DNA of 63,988 nucleotides, the filler included, from Dimargaris cristalligena (taxonomy: Eukaryota), in assembly GCA_003614675.1 (NCBI GenBank). It is 3 parts of 3 records of this genome, joined end to end, with 100 filler letters (N's around TTAATTAATTAA, not from the genome) between each part and the next. Parts side by side here need not be neighbours in the genome. Positions count along the whole stretch, not along the records: positions 21,726 to 43,327 come from ML002659.1; 2 more parts are not named here. One strand, given 5' to 3'. Both the position numbers and the translations under genes were made by a program. The notes beneath the pieces were generated by a model. That model saw nothing but the letters and a program-made list of their open reading frames with translations, did not search any database and was not told where the DNA came from. Positions 24,019 to 36,242 of the stretch are shown piece after piece (the first letter of the stretch is position 1; the number at the start of each line of letters is the position of its first letter).

Positions 24019-25624
24019 AGCGAACGATTAGTTGAAAAGAGGAGGAAGGGTAGTAGCGGGAATACTTAACAAGGGGAGGGCAGAGAGTAGTCAGTCGTAA
24101 GGAAGGAAGGAAGGCGAGACGGTTGAAGAAGAGTAAGGATGTAGATGAATTGAAAGCGGGGGACACTGTTAATAACAAAAAAAAAACGCGCTAAGATGAG
24201 AGAGGGAGAGAGAGCAGGAGTGGTGGAATAGAAGGAGGGAAGGGGTTGGGGATATTAGTGAGCCGCGGCCGAATCTTCAAGATGACGGTAGTAGCAACTA
24301 GTAGATAGGCAAGAAGGGGCGAAGGAAAAGGAAAAACAAAGAGCAGTGTAGAGCGCGGGTCAGTGGGAGCGGGTTCTGAACGGAGCCACTGCTGGTGAGA
24401 CGAGAGAAATCGAGGGAAAATACTAATAGCAATAAGAGAGGGAGACTAAATCAATGGGGAATAAGAGAATCTCATGTATCTGTATATGTTTCACTGAGAG
24501 GGCGCTATGTCTAATTATATTATTCTAATATAGGATAGGTTTCCCCCTCCTATCCTCCTCCGGCCAGCTTGGCTGGTGGTTATCCCTTGGGCCATGGATG
24601 AAAGTAGAAGGTATTAGATTCCGTCTGTTTAAACCGGACCATTGCTGACTTTCCCTTTCAATCTTTCTCTGTCCGTATGCAAGGCTGCAGCGTCGGTAGT
24701 TTGTAATCCAGTCTATACAGTGGCCCCCTTCTTTCAAGCACGGCCGTTATCACTCAGGTTCCATCTGCGGATATAGTCGGCTGGACTAGGAATCTATTCA
24801 TGAGCATCTTTTGGCTTTACGCCTGGTTTGTTTGAGGGGAGGACCATACCAGCGGACCACCAAACAAACCCACTAACCGACCAAAGAAAGATACTAGATG
24901 ATGGGGAACCGGAGAGCCAGTCGCTGGGTTTTTCTAAGTAATGCCCATTTGTCTAGCTGGGCTACGTATATTTTTTTGGAATGTGGATAATACGCAAGGT
25001 AAGAATCATGCATACCGTCTATGCGTATATATTTCGCTCCCCCCCTTTTTCCACCTTCCATTTCAATGTTTTCGAAACCACAAACACCCGTGGTCGTCAT
25101 GACAATCCTAAAGGGATGAGCCTGAAAAAAAGCGCCCCCGTTGGTGAATGGTCAGGGGGATGCTAAGCGGACCACCGTATATGATTGCACTGATTGGTTA
25201 GCGGTTGGCCAAAACGTTCATCTCTTTAGGAAAGTGAAAGACAGAGAATGGGAGAGACAGAGAGAGAAAGGGGGGAGAGGGAGGTACTTCTCTGCTTACC
25301 TGAACCAGACGACTGTATAGTCAGTACATAGCATGCTGCACACACATATTAATCTCGTGGTTCGTTGATCGGGTCCAATAGCTAGACATTCCGCATTTTT
25401 TTTAAAGAAATATCACTCGCTGGCGATCTGCGGTTTGTTGGGAGGTTATCAGCAACACTAGCGGACATCCTTATTAAAGCGTACCTTTATTGACAACTAA
25501 CCTCAAATCGAAGTGGTCATCCTATATATATATATATATGCGTCTGTATGTCTGATGGATAAACAGCGATAGTTAATCAGCCTTACAATGCGCTTCGGTG
25601 AAAGGTAGGGGAACCCGGGGAGAG

Positions 25625-26324
25625 TCAGGCATTGGGGAGGGCGACCAGCTCAATTTCCACGCGAGCATCCTTGGGCAGACGGGCCACTTGGAAAGCCGAG
25701 CGGGCCGGACGGTGGTCACCGAACATCTCGGCGTACACCTCGTTCATGGCGGCGAAATCATTCATGTCCTGGAGGAACACGGTGGTCTTGATCACCCGAT
25801 TCAGGTCGGAGTTGGCGCTCCGAAGCACGGCCTGGAGGTTCTTGAAGACCTGGCGGGTCTGGCTACGGACATCCTCACCAACCAGTTCGCAGTTCTGGTT
25901 CATGCCGATTTGGCCCGAGGTGAAGATTTGGCCGTTGGCAATCACGGCGCTCGCTAGATATAAAAAATGATTGATGCGCAGAGGGCGGGAAGAACGAAAC
26001 AATAAACATATATATATATGTTTGATATGAAAGCGGGAAGAAATGGGGATGGTAAGATATGGGGCGGTGGGGGTGGTTAAGAATGGGGGGAGGGGTCGCC
26101 AAGTGGTGGATATATGCATGCATACAATTATGCTGCGACTTACAGTAAGGACCCAGGGCGGGAGGGGCATCCTCGGCGTGGACGGTTTGGATAGACGACA
26201 TGGTGCGGAAGGGGGTAATTAGAGAGTGACGGGACCAAAAGGTAAGCGGGGTAGTAACGGGGGCTTTTAAAGACGAGATCAAACGAGACGAAGGAGTGCG
26301 GAAAGCAAAGCGAAGGGCCATCAT
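25625..26324 (-). CDS. MMF1: RidA/YjgF/UK114 enamine deaminase (Mmf1-like) with mitochondrial presequence
   Basis: Exons 26324-26144 and 25953-25625. Motifs APPALGPYSSAV, FTSGQIG, VIKTTVFL, F..MNEVY and PARSAFQVARLPKDARVEIE. Confidence 0.93.
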
Positions 26325-27106
26325 GGCTACCCTGGAGGAAGGGATCTCTATAGGTTTATAGGTCGAGGTAATTCCAGTCAAGAGCAAGTAGAACGAGGGG
26401 CAAACACCCCACTTCCCCCTCCTTTCCCCTATGTAATAGGAGAACCATTTGTTGGTTCTGGCCAAACCTGAAAGTGAGTCACTCTCCACACCTGCGGGAC
26501 CGTTTTCCAATTCGTGTGACTGTGGGGGGTTTACGTGGGAGGGAAATAAGCCTAGCTTGGGCCCAGTTTCCTCAACTGGATCTAGTTGTTATGGCTGGCC
26601 TAGTTATCCGTCATCACCAATATCCAACTTTGTAGACTCTTGGAGCTAATGGCCATATATACCAACCAGGAGCAGGAGCGATAAGTAGTGTAGTTAGTTA
26701 GTTAGTTGGGCATACCACCAGCTTACAGTGTTTATGGTAAATTACCCGAGGGCTACAGTCCCTTCTTTGCCTTTCAACATATGAGGTCAGTCGTCTCGTA
26801 CTGCAAAAATATCTGTTGGGTGTGACTATATGGGCGAAATTCGGCACAGCTATACCAAATTGCTGGCACCACTAGTTTAAAAATAATACCCCTATTTACA
26901 GTTTGCAATTCCCCTCCCAATCTCCCCCAGTGGAGACTGGGAGAGAGGGGGCCTTGGGCTGCTGATGGTGTGGCGGTGGGTCGCAGAAACCAAAAGCCCT
27001 CCAGTTTGTATAGTCTTGCTATTTCCATTCCCATCCAACTTCCCCATTGTGTTTTTGATTCCCCTTTCTACCGGTCAGCGAAGCGTTTAGTCGTAACTAA
27101 TCCGCC

Positions 27107-28413
27107 ATGAAAATCCTCGGGTTAACTGGTGGCATTGCCACAGGTAGGTTGCGCACCCAGAGTCCTAGGAGATACTTGTACCCGCTCTTCTCAGGAACTT
27201 TCTACTTTTACTAAGCCGTCCCATATGTCCCTCCTCAGGCCTCTGGTTTCCTGTCTGTCCAAGAGTAACTGCCGCCTTCTTTAACCCCAGCAGCAACCTC
27301 CGTCCCCATTCGCCCAACGAACCGTATATCGATTACTACGATGGTGGCCCCCCTGTTTTTTACCCACTTTCTTACACTAGGCAAAAGTACCGTGTCCCAA
27401 GTCTTCCGGCATGAACGCATTCCCATTGTCGATGCCGACCGTATTGCCCGGCAGGTCGTGGAGCCCGGCCAGCCGGCCTACCGTGCCCTAGTCCGTACGT
27501 TCGGCGAGGCCATTCTACATCCCGATGGTACTCTGAACCGGCCTCGATTGGGGCAAATCGTATTCGCCGACGAGCAGCTCCGCCGCCGGTTAAACGCCAT
27601 CACCCACCCGGCGATTCGACGCCAAATAGCCTGGGAAACGCTGGGCCACTACCTTAGAGGCGAACCTTTGGTGGTCCTGGATATCCCCCTGCTTTTCGAA
27701 AGTCGCCTGGATCGCTTTGTGTCTGACACGGTTGTGGTATATTGGTAAGTCAAAACGGGCTGAAGAAGTCGCATGGAGACGGGCCTGGATATGCCAAAAT
27801 ATGATTCGGACTGGAGTATATAGCCCCCAGGGGATGGAAGAAGTGCCCCTGCTAATCTCACCATCCACCACCATTCACCACTTACCCCCCACCCATCTAA
27901 CTGGCCCTACTTTATTTTTCTCATATATCAGGAATAAGCCTACCTAGCTGCTAGTGCACCACAACCCACTCGTTTGACATTATTTCACAGGCATTTGGCG
28001 TATTTAGTAAAATACTCCACAAGTATACTAACCCCCATCCCTATACACTATAACCCGGATATATCCGGCCCCTCCCCCCACCCACCTGTTATCGCGCATT
28101 CTCGCTTTAAACCCCCAGCCCTGAGGACACTCAGCTACACCGACTCATGGCCCGGGATACCCTAGATGAAGAAGCCTGTCGCCAACGGATGGGTGCCCAA
28201 ATGAGTATGGCCCGCAAATGTGAACTGGCCGATCACGTCGTGGACAATTCAGGGGAAAGAGAGGTCACCCAAGAGCAGGTTCACCGCCTGATTACCAGAT
28301 TGCGACCGGGTCGCTTAACAACCTTACTATGGCTAGTGGGGCCCGTTGGGTCCCTTGCCACGGCTGGCATTTTTCTCCTCTCTATGCTCTTCCGGAGAGT
28401 GTTTAGCAGCTAG
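27107..28413 (+). CDS. CAB5: Dephospho-CoA kinase (Cab5/DCAKD-like) with C-terminal hydrophobic tail
   Basis: Exons 27107-27143, 27381-27744, 28119-28413. P-loop GLTGGIATGKST split by intron 1; also DADRIAR, LNAITHPAI, DIPLLFE and DNSG. Confidence 0.93.
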
Positions 28414-30574
28414 TGGGGTATGTGGTCCCCATCACTTCTGTTTTTATTGCCCCCTATTTATGGGATATTTCTCCCCTTACCATATGTATATTTCTAGTCC
28501 TATATAAACCCAATTGGCTAATGATGGATTTAGTCCAGGCATATACTATTCGTTCAACCTCCATTTCGGACTACCTAGACCGTTTGCTAAGTCTCTCTCG
28601 CGAATTCTCCCCCTGAGTGATCAACGGGTGTAGTAAATTAGCAGGCAGCATACTGCCACCAATATAGTCCAGTCCCTCAAAGGCCAGACATAGATATGTT
28701 GCGGTTACGCAGGTGTTAATAGTCCATGGCTTAGACGATGGCGGCATTGATTAATGAAGGCTGATTTCCCCAAAAGGCCTCTCTCCCTAAGTGTCCACTA
28801 CAGCGCACCAATCGGGTATTATTGAAATATATAATATGTTTTTAGGGGGTAATAGGTATTAAAAGGCTTGGATAAAGCCCAAGCCGGTGATGTCAGTGGA
28901 CTCTCATCCATTTGTGTTAATAGTAGGCGCCCATATCAGCAGTATTACATGCTACGCCAACATCATTTTATATTCGATTAGCCCTGGCGAACGAATGAGG
29001 AGAAATCACTATAGAAAGAGAGTCAGGTACGGCCGGCCAATAGGTGACTTCCTTATGCTGTGGATTTATTAATATAAAACACGGATATATATGTTATAGA
29101 TTATATTAGGGAGGGTGGATTCCACGTGTTGTGAGGTGATCGTAACCGGGCCCGCAATTGGGTAGAAGTATAAACGTGGAATTCCTGAAAAGATTTTTAC
29201 TGGTTAACTGGAAATGCACTTCTAGCGTGGAATACCTTAGGTGTTCCTCATTCGTATGTGTGTGTGTATGGGTTGAATGTTTGCTGGCTCGGCTTTCAGC
29301 GTGCCAAGGCGTAGCAGGAGATGAACGTGCCAGAGACTTCCAGAAACTCATTCTACCAATTAAATCTTACGTTTATATATTGGCTATAAGTAGAGTAGCT
29401 CTGTAAACTAAGGCTGGTTGGTAGGCTGGTGAAAGTGCTGAACTATTTATTGGAGCATGATAATGTAATAGATGTCCGAAGCTCTATGTCATCATCCTCG
29501 GGCCTGATAATGGAGAGAGTGGTCAAGCTTGATTCGACTCTCAACCCGGTGGCTAATCTAGCCATACTAATGGGTGGGAGGGGAGGGGGCACTAGTATAC
29601 ACTATCCGTTAGATATATGGAGCTGGCACATATCTTATTTCGTTATTGGTCCTTGTTACGCCACACCTTAATGTGGCCGGGTTATCGGGTATAGCCAGGC
29701 AGCATCTTCTATAGAATGATTATAGTAGGATATGCCTTGGCTACATGATTCACCAATAGGATAGTGGACTCGGATTAGGTGCAATGCCTCTGTATTCTAG
29801 TTGGATATACTTCGACCAAATATGGCTAGGGAAGAACGTAGAACTCCAAATGGAGGAAAAAGGCGACAACACCGTCTCGTTTACGTCAACAGTACGGTAT
29901 GATTCGGCAGTAGTTTTAGGCGGGTGTGGCTTTTCGCTTACTTTATCCCTACTACAATACCCAACGATTATATAAACCAACACTATCCAACAAAGGGAGA
30001 AGTCGCCGCGTGACGAAAGCACGGATCGACCAGTCGGGTTTATCGTTATGCGAATACCATCGAGAAGTAAGGCAAGCGAAGCTACTATCACCTTCGCTTG
30101 GCGTAAAACCGCGTTACTTGGGCGAAGCATCGAGTCGCCGATTGGACGGGTTAGGGAGATGTAGCGTGAGATGGCGCACCGTCAATGGAAAAGAGGAGCG
30201 CAAGGTGGGGGGACCGTGCTATTGGTTCACATGCCTAAGTTTGCCCACTCGTCCCCTTTTTATCTCCCCCTAGCGATATTGATAAGTTCCTTTAGGACCA
30301 CTGATAAGGCGCAGTAGAAACATCGGATAGTGGTGATTCGCTTGAGCAGTCACATCCGTTGCCGAGCGCCCTGGGAGCATGTGTTCCTGCTGAAAGGATT
30401 GGTGCATCTAATCGGTCAAGGCATGGTGGTTGGTAGTTCCTTGGGAAGTGTGCCTAGGGCGCCCGTTTCCCGTGGTTCTAACTGGGTTCCCAAACACGTC
30501 ACGCCCTCCTCTATCGCCCTGAAATTCGGTAAGGTGATGCTGCTATCGTCATGCTTCGGATGTTCTTAAAAAAA

Positions 30575-30582
30575 TATAAATA
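30575..30582 (+). promoter_or_regulatory. Candidate TATA box of the LPMO gene
   Basis: TATAAATA about 265 bp upstream of ATG 30846, followed by a pyrimidine-rich leader. Confidence 0.4.
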
Positions 30583-30845
30583 GAGGTGCCATTCCTGTTC
30601 ACTTCCTTTTCAGTATTACCATTACACATTAATACGCCATAATTACTTTTCACCCGGCTGTGGTTTATTCTCATAGATCTCTCTCAAACACCTCTTAACA
30701 CTACCCAATCTACATTGACTGTACATTGGTGTAAACCATACTTTATTACGACACTCCTCCTAATTGTACTATCCCTTCTTTGATCTCTAATCGATCAATA
30801 CTTTCTCTCAAAACACACACTTCACTCAACAATCTAACTACCATT

Positions 30846-31796
30846 ATGAAGGTCTACGCTATTGCTATTCTCGGTGCCCTGGCCCTCGGTGTCAGCGCCC
30901 ATATGATGCCCGAAACTCCCTGCCCCCGTGGCTCACCCCTGGAGAGCTGCAATTATCCTGAAAAGGACTATTCGCTCAAGTCGCCCATTTCCACGGACGG
31001 CGTTCCCAACGCTCCCCTTTGTCACCACACCACCCCGTACAGTTCGCCCGTAGCCACCTACAAGGCCGGCGAGTCCATCCCGGTGAAATTTGCCGAAGGT
31101 GGTGCAACCCACGGTGGCGGTCACTGTGAGTTCTCCCTTTCCTACGACGGGGGGGAAACCTTTGTGGCCATCCAAACGATCCTGAAGACCTGCTTCACGG
31201 AAGGTCTCACGTTCTCCGTACCCATTCCGGAAGACGCCCCTTCCAGCGATAAGGTCGTGTTCGCCTGGTCGTGGGTGAACGCTGTCGGTAACCGCGAATT
31301 CTACATGACGTGCTCGGACATCGCCATTGAGGGTAAGGACGGCGGTTCCATCAGTGGTCCCCCCATGCTCCACCCCAACTACGGCGATGGCCCCACCATC
31401 GGCGAGTTCGGTTACGGTGGCGACGACGGTAGCGACTACTACAAGAACCGTCCTACTATCGTCATTTCGGCTTCCGGAGCCTCCACTACTTCTAGCGGCA
31501 GCAACAACAACGATAACAGCAACACTGAAGAATCTTCTAGTGCTGCTGCCGATGATAATAACAACAGCGCATCAGTCGACGAGTCCGCTCCCTCTGCAAC
31601 GGACTCGGCTGCCCCTGTTGAAACCTCGGCCGCGGCCCGCAGTGACGATATCTCCACCTACCCCTCCTGCCAGGACGAAGGCAAGTCCGGCGTGATTGTC
31701 GTTAACGACAACGGTCGCGAGGTCACTGGCAACTGTCCCGCCGGCTTGGTCTGCAAGTCTAATGAGGGTGTTGGTGCCTACTGCGCTGCCGCCTAA
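30846..31796 (+). CDS. Secreted AA11-type lytic polysaccharide (chitin) monooxygenase with Ser/Asn/Ala linker and C-terminal Cys module
   Basis: Signal peptide MKVYAIAILGALALGVSA followed directly by His; THGGGHCEFSLSYD and WSWVNAVGNREFYMTCSDI motifs; intronless. Confidence 0.88.
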   Translation: MKVYAIAILGALALGVSAHMMPETPCPRGSPLESCNYPEKDYSLKSPISTDGVPNAPLCHHTTPYSSPVATYKAGESIPVKFAEGGATHGGGHCEFSLSYDGGETFVAIQTILKTCFTEGLTFSVPIPEDAPSSDKVVFAWSWVNAVGNREFYMTCSDIAIEGKDGGSISGPPMLHPNYGDGPTIGEFGYGGDDGSDYYKNRPTIVISASGASTTSSGSNNNDNSNTEESSSAAADDNNNSASVDESAPSATDSAAPVETSAAARSDDISTYPSCQDEGKSGVIVVNDNGREVTGNCPAGLVCKSNEGVGAYCAAA

Positions 31797-32332
31797 TCAA
31801 ATTTGGCTAAGCACACGGTAGCATATTTCTCTCTCTCCTCTCGGGCATTAGCTAGCGTTCTTTTCTTCTTACTCTTTTTCGTTAAGAGGCGGACACACAC
31901 TTCTAGCCACAACCCTTATCTAAATAGGCGTATCTATTAGCTTATAGTTAAATAGCATAGCCTCTGTTTATTATATCCGTGGTAATCTCACTGCATCTAA
32001 TATTTTTTTTTACTATAATGCTTTACACATTTGATCGCGCGCCACACCCTTTTCCAAGGCGTGTGGCGCGCGGTCAATCCGTGCCTCTCTATTAGTTTAA
32101 ATCATTGTATACAAAACAATTCAAAAATATTATAAAGCTTCCAAAAAATACATAATAAACTTTAATAACAAAAAAATATTAATAATAGAATCATACGGCG
32201 AGCAATTATTTTCAAATATCAACTTTCAGCTTATTGTAAAGTTAAATAATTCAGCGGTTTATTGAAAACTTCTTGAACATATGTTCAAGTGGTTAATAAA
32301 TCTGCCAAAAAAGTGCAATGAAAAAGCTATCT

Positions 32333-34907
32333 TTAGTTGGGATAGCGAAAATCCTTAGGTGGCGGCGCCAGGGCAATGGACCAAGCCTGGCGAAACAATA
32401 AGGTAATTCGATGGTTTAAATCACTTGGTGTAGTAGTATCCCCGTTGTCATTAGAAGATTGCTGCTGTAGTTGATGGTTGAGATGGGGTGATGAGGGGGG
32501 ATCCTGAAATGAATAGTATTTGGAGGGATGGTCAAACGAATCGTGCGCCATGGTCGAATTCAATTGATGTAAGCCATCATCGATCCCTTCACCTAATTTC
32601 GGTATCATATGGGTGGTGGTGACTTCTTGTTGAGCCGACTGCTGATGTCGTTGTTGATCAAGTAGGCGATTTTCCCGTCGAAGAAGGAACTTCAATACCA
32701 TGCTTAAGGTCGCGACCGTCAACAGACAGGCGGTATTTACCAAATGACTAGTCATATACTGAGGCGCTTCACTATTCCGGTACATCTGCCCAGCGGCTAG
32801 TCCACCGATATTACCAAATGATACGACAAAGGCCATGGCCACGCCCCGCTGGGTCTTTTCGACTACATTGCCGGACACCCACGCCGTATTAAGAGCGAGA
32901 AACCCATTCACACCCATACCGACTATTAGCAACATCAAATATTTGGCTATCCGGCCACTGACAAACGTAACCAGCAAGAACCCTAAGGCACCCAGCCCGG
33001 CCGCAAAAGTAATGTGGAAGCCCCGTTCTTTGACCCGGTCGGAATGGTACGCCATGGATATCATGAACACGGCACCGCAAAAGTGGGCTGGAACGGTCAG
33101 AAGCTGGGCCGACAGGCTATCGAACCCCAGCTCTTTAATGACCGTCGAGAGTAGGAATTGGACGGAATAGGAAGGGATGACCGTGCAGATATGTATAAGG
33201 GCATGGAGATGACAGCGGTAATTTAAAAATACGGCCACAATGGCTGCCCAGTTGGATAGGCGAGGAGCGGCAGCAATATCAGATGTAGGTGGACTAGGAC
33301 GAGAATTCGCTGCGTTTTTCGCCGCTGGGGGATCGCTAGATGTATAGTAATGATCCGGCGCCAAAGCCGTGGTTGGTTCTACCGGCGGTGGTGAAAGTTG
33401 GTGAACATCAATAATATCATTCTCCTTCTCTTCCTCTGTTTCGCAATCTTCAATGCGAGCGTGCCAGAAGGCCTGTTCGCTCGGGGATAACCATTTCACT
33501 TGCGTCGGTCCATCCGGAAGAAAAAGCGCCAGGCAGACCCCCATGATGAGAGTCGGTATGCCTTCCAGCAGAAACAGCCAGCGCCAAGCGGCTAAGCCCC
33601 CGACTCCTTCCATATGTCCGATGGCGAAGGCCAGAATACCGCCCAGAGCACCCGCCAAAGTGATGGCACTTAAGAAAATGGCCATGCGAATGGCAATTTC
33701 AGTGGGGCGGTACCAGTAGGTGAGGAAATATAGTACTCCGGGTACGAAACCCGCCTCCGCGGCACCTAGCAGGAATCGGATAATGAGAATACTGGCCGTA
33801 CCGCTGTTGGCCGCCATGCACGAGGCAAGGATACCCCAGCAAATGGTGATGAACCCGAGCCAGTGGGACGGCCGCATCCGCTTAAGCATAAGGTTGGATG
33901 GAATTTCCAGAAGGACGTAGCCTGTGTGTAGTTCCAGTTTAGTACCATTCCACACATGAGAAATTTATAGGTTACACTAATAATATTAGTAAAACACTAG
34001 ATAATAATTGGGGGGGGGGCACAGAGGCACAACTTCATCCCACTGGTTTCTGCTTCACTAGAAGCAAGGTCTACGTGGCTAGTATACCACTGGAGGTTAG
34101 CTGATTTAGCACTGTAGAAGGGAGTTAGCCGGCGCCACATAAACTGAATGGCTCCAACTTAAATACTTAGAACGAATGAGGTATACTGATTAAGGACCCA
34201 CTGTTCATATCCTTCCCCTTGGACCACACATGCATACAAACCCACTCCACTTCCAGTCATTATGTTTGATTAAAGCCTGGTTTCAGGTAAAATATATGAA
34301 AATCTACTTACTGATGAATAAAATCGATAGGCTCCACGAGTATTCCGCCTGGCTGAGGTTTAGGTCGGCCTCAAGATGCATCAGTTTGGAATTACCTAAG
34401 GGGTATTGACAATGGGATTATATATGCCAGCAGCAGTCGCTATTAACAAAATAACCCCAGGTGCGAAGGTATGCTAGGGTTGGGCTGTCTGTACCTGTGG
34501 GACTCGGAATGGACCATGAGAGGGCTTAGGTATTGGTGGTTTATATGGCCGTTTGTATCACTTCACCATAAGCCATGGACCATGAGGCCAAGTGTCCTTT
34601 TCTCTGGCTTATTTTCAAGTTGCATTGGTTGTAAGATAACCACCCCCCAGGTACTCTTGCAATATAACGGCGATTATTAATAACATTACATACCTATATT
34701 GGCCCGGTCCAGAAAACTTAGTACGTATGCTAAGGTCAGAATAGGAAGGAGCCGCCAGTCGATTTTTCTTAGAATCCGCGCCGAATCCATGTCTGACCAG
34801 TCGTGGGGTGCCTCTGACGAGCTGTGGATGACCACCACTTTATCGCCATCATCGCCACCATCGTCGCTATTACCAAAGTGTTTAGCCGGTTTCTCCTTAA
34901 TGGCCAT
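32333..34907 (-). CDS. MFS transporter, anion:cation symporter family (Dal5/Tna1/Fen2-like)
   Basis: Exons 34907-34694, 34395-34312, 33921-32333. Motifs RKIDWRLLP, FLDRANIGN, EIPSN, RFLLGAAEAGF and WRWLFLLEG. Confidence 0.93.
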
Positions 34908-36242
34908 CCTGGCGGCGAATTGTCGGTATACTGTAAGAGGGTTGGATGATGTGAGCCGCCGACGTGCCTATATCAAACGCCCACCCCAATTAAAAGGACC
35001 CTGGTAGAAAAATGGCCTGTTCGACAAGGGTAGAGTCCGGGGGATTGAAGGCCTGGGATAGCACGAGCACTAGTAGATTATATCAATCAACCAGCTTGCG
35101 CCTTTGACTTGGCCCTAAAGAACAAATAGATCAACTCAAACGAAAGGTCAATAACCGAACAAGACTAAAAATATGATAAAATCCCAGCCGTGGAACAATT
35201 GGTTGCTTCCTTGTCCGTGAGCCTGGCGAGTGGGGTTTTTATAGGTCCAACCTTGAGCTTATCGGCTACAGTTTCTGTCCCCATAATGTCGTAAGGGGTT
35301 CTGGAGGGGGGTTTTTTTTAGACCGGTCGCCCATTATTATTAGGTGTGATAACATGGCAGGCCTACCACCGGTGAGCACAGCGACAGAGAAAAGGCCATG
35401 TATCGCTCGGTCATTCCCGCGATTTGAATGCATGTCGGTTATCCCTCCCCCTTCCTCTACGAGCAATAGTATCTTCAAGACTCCTGAAAACAGTGTGTTT
35501 CCACGCATCATCTAACCGTCGATATCAGTCGCAGAATTGCTTCCGTGATGATGGAGACGGTTCAGTCCAAATGCCTGGTCCCCGCCGTGATGCCTGTCAT
35601 GCCGCGCAGGGGCTGCACTCTTCCGAGGATTTCTTAGTACTGGCATCCCTCATATGGACCAAGTAATAGCTTTGAGCGCATCCTAAGTACGTGTGTGTGA
35701 ACGGGGGGGGGGTGGAGGTGTTCACTAGGCCAAGTCTTAAGCAAGGGGATAAAAGCACAGAATGGGTGTGCTGATAAAAAGTAATCATTCTCCTAGAAGA
35801 AGGGGCGAGGCGGTCTTTACCAAGGGGACCGTAGTGAGGTGGTGGGACGGTTGAATAGAAACGGGAAACATGGGCACTGAATTTGACTTGGCTGATATAT
35901 TAGTATTTATATTTTAGAACTGGTAATAATAACAAACAGTCCATATTACCTTTATACTTATCCATCCAATGTAATGAATACATACTTCTCCATATAGTCA
36001 GCCCGACGAACAAACTCTATTTAAAGGCATAGTTATTATCCGGACGCTAGCTAGTATGCAGGCAGTTACGTATATGTAAGAATAGTCAGAAGGTATGGCC
36101 TGCTCACTTCCCTCTTGCAATTTATTAAAATGTGATCTACTTAGGAACTAGCGGTGTTGGTCCAAAAAATGTAGGGAATGTATTTATTTTTACTGCTTTA
36201 CTACTGTCATCGATAAATTAAGGAGTATAGCCGGAATCATCT

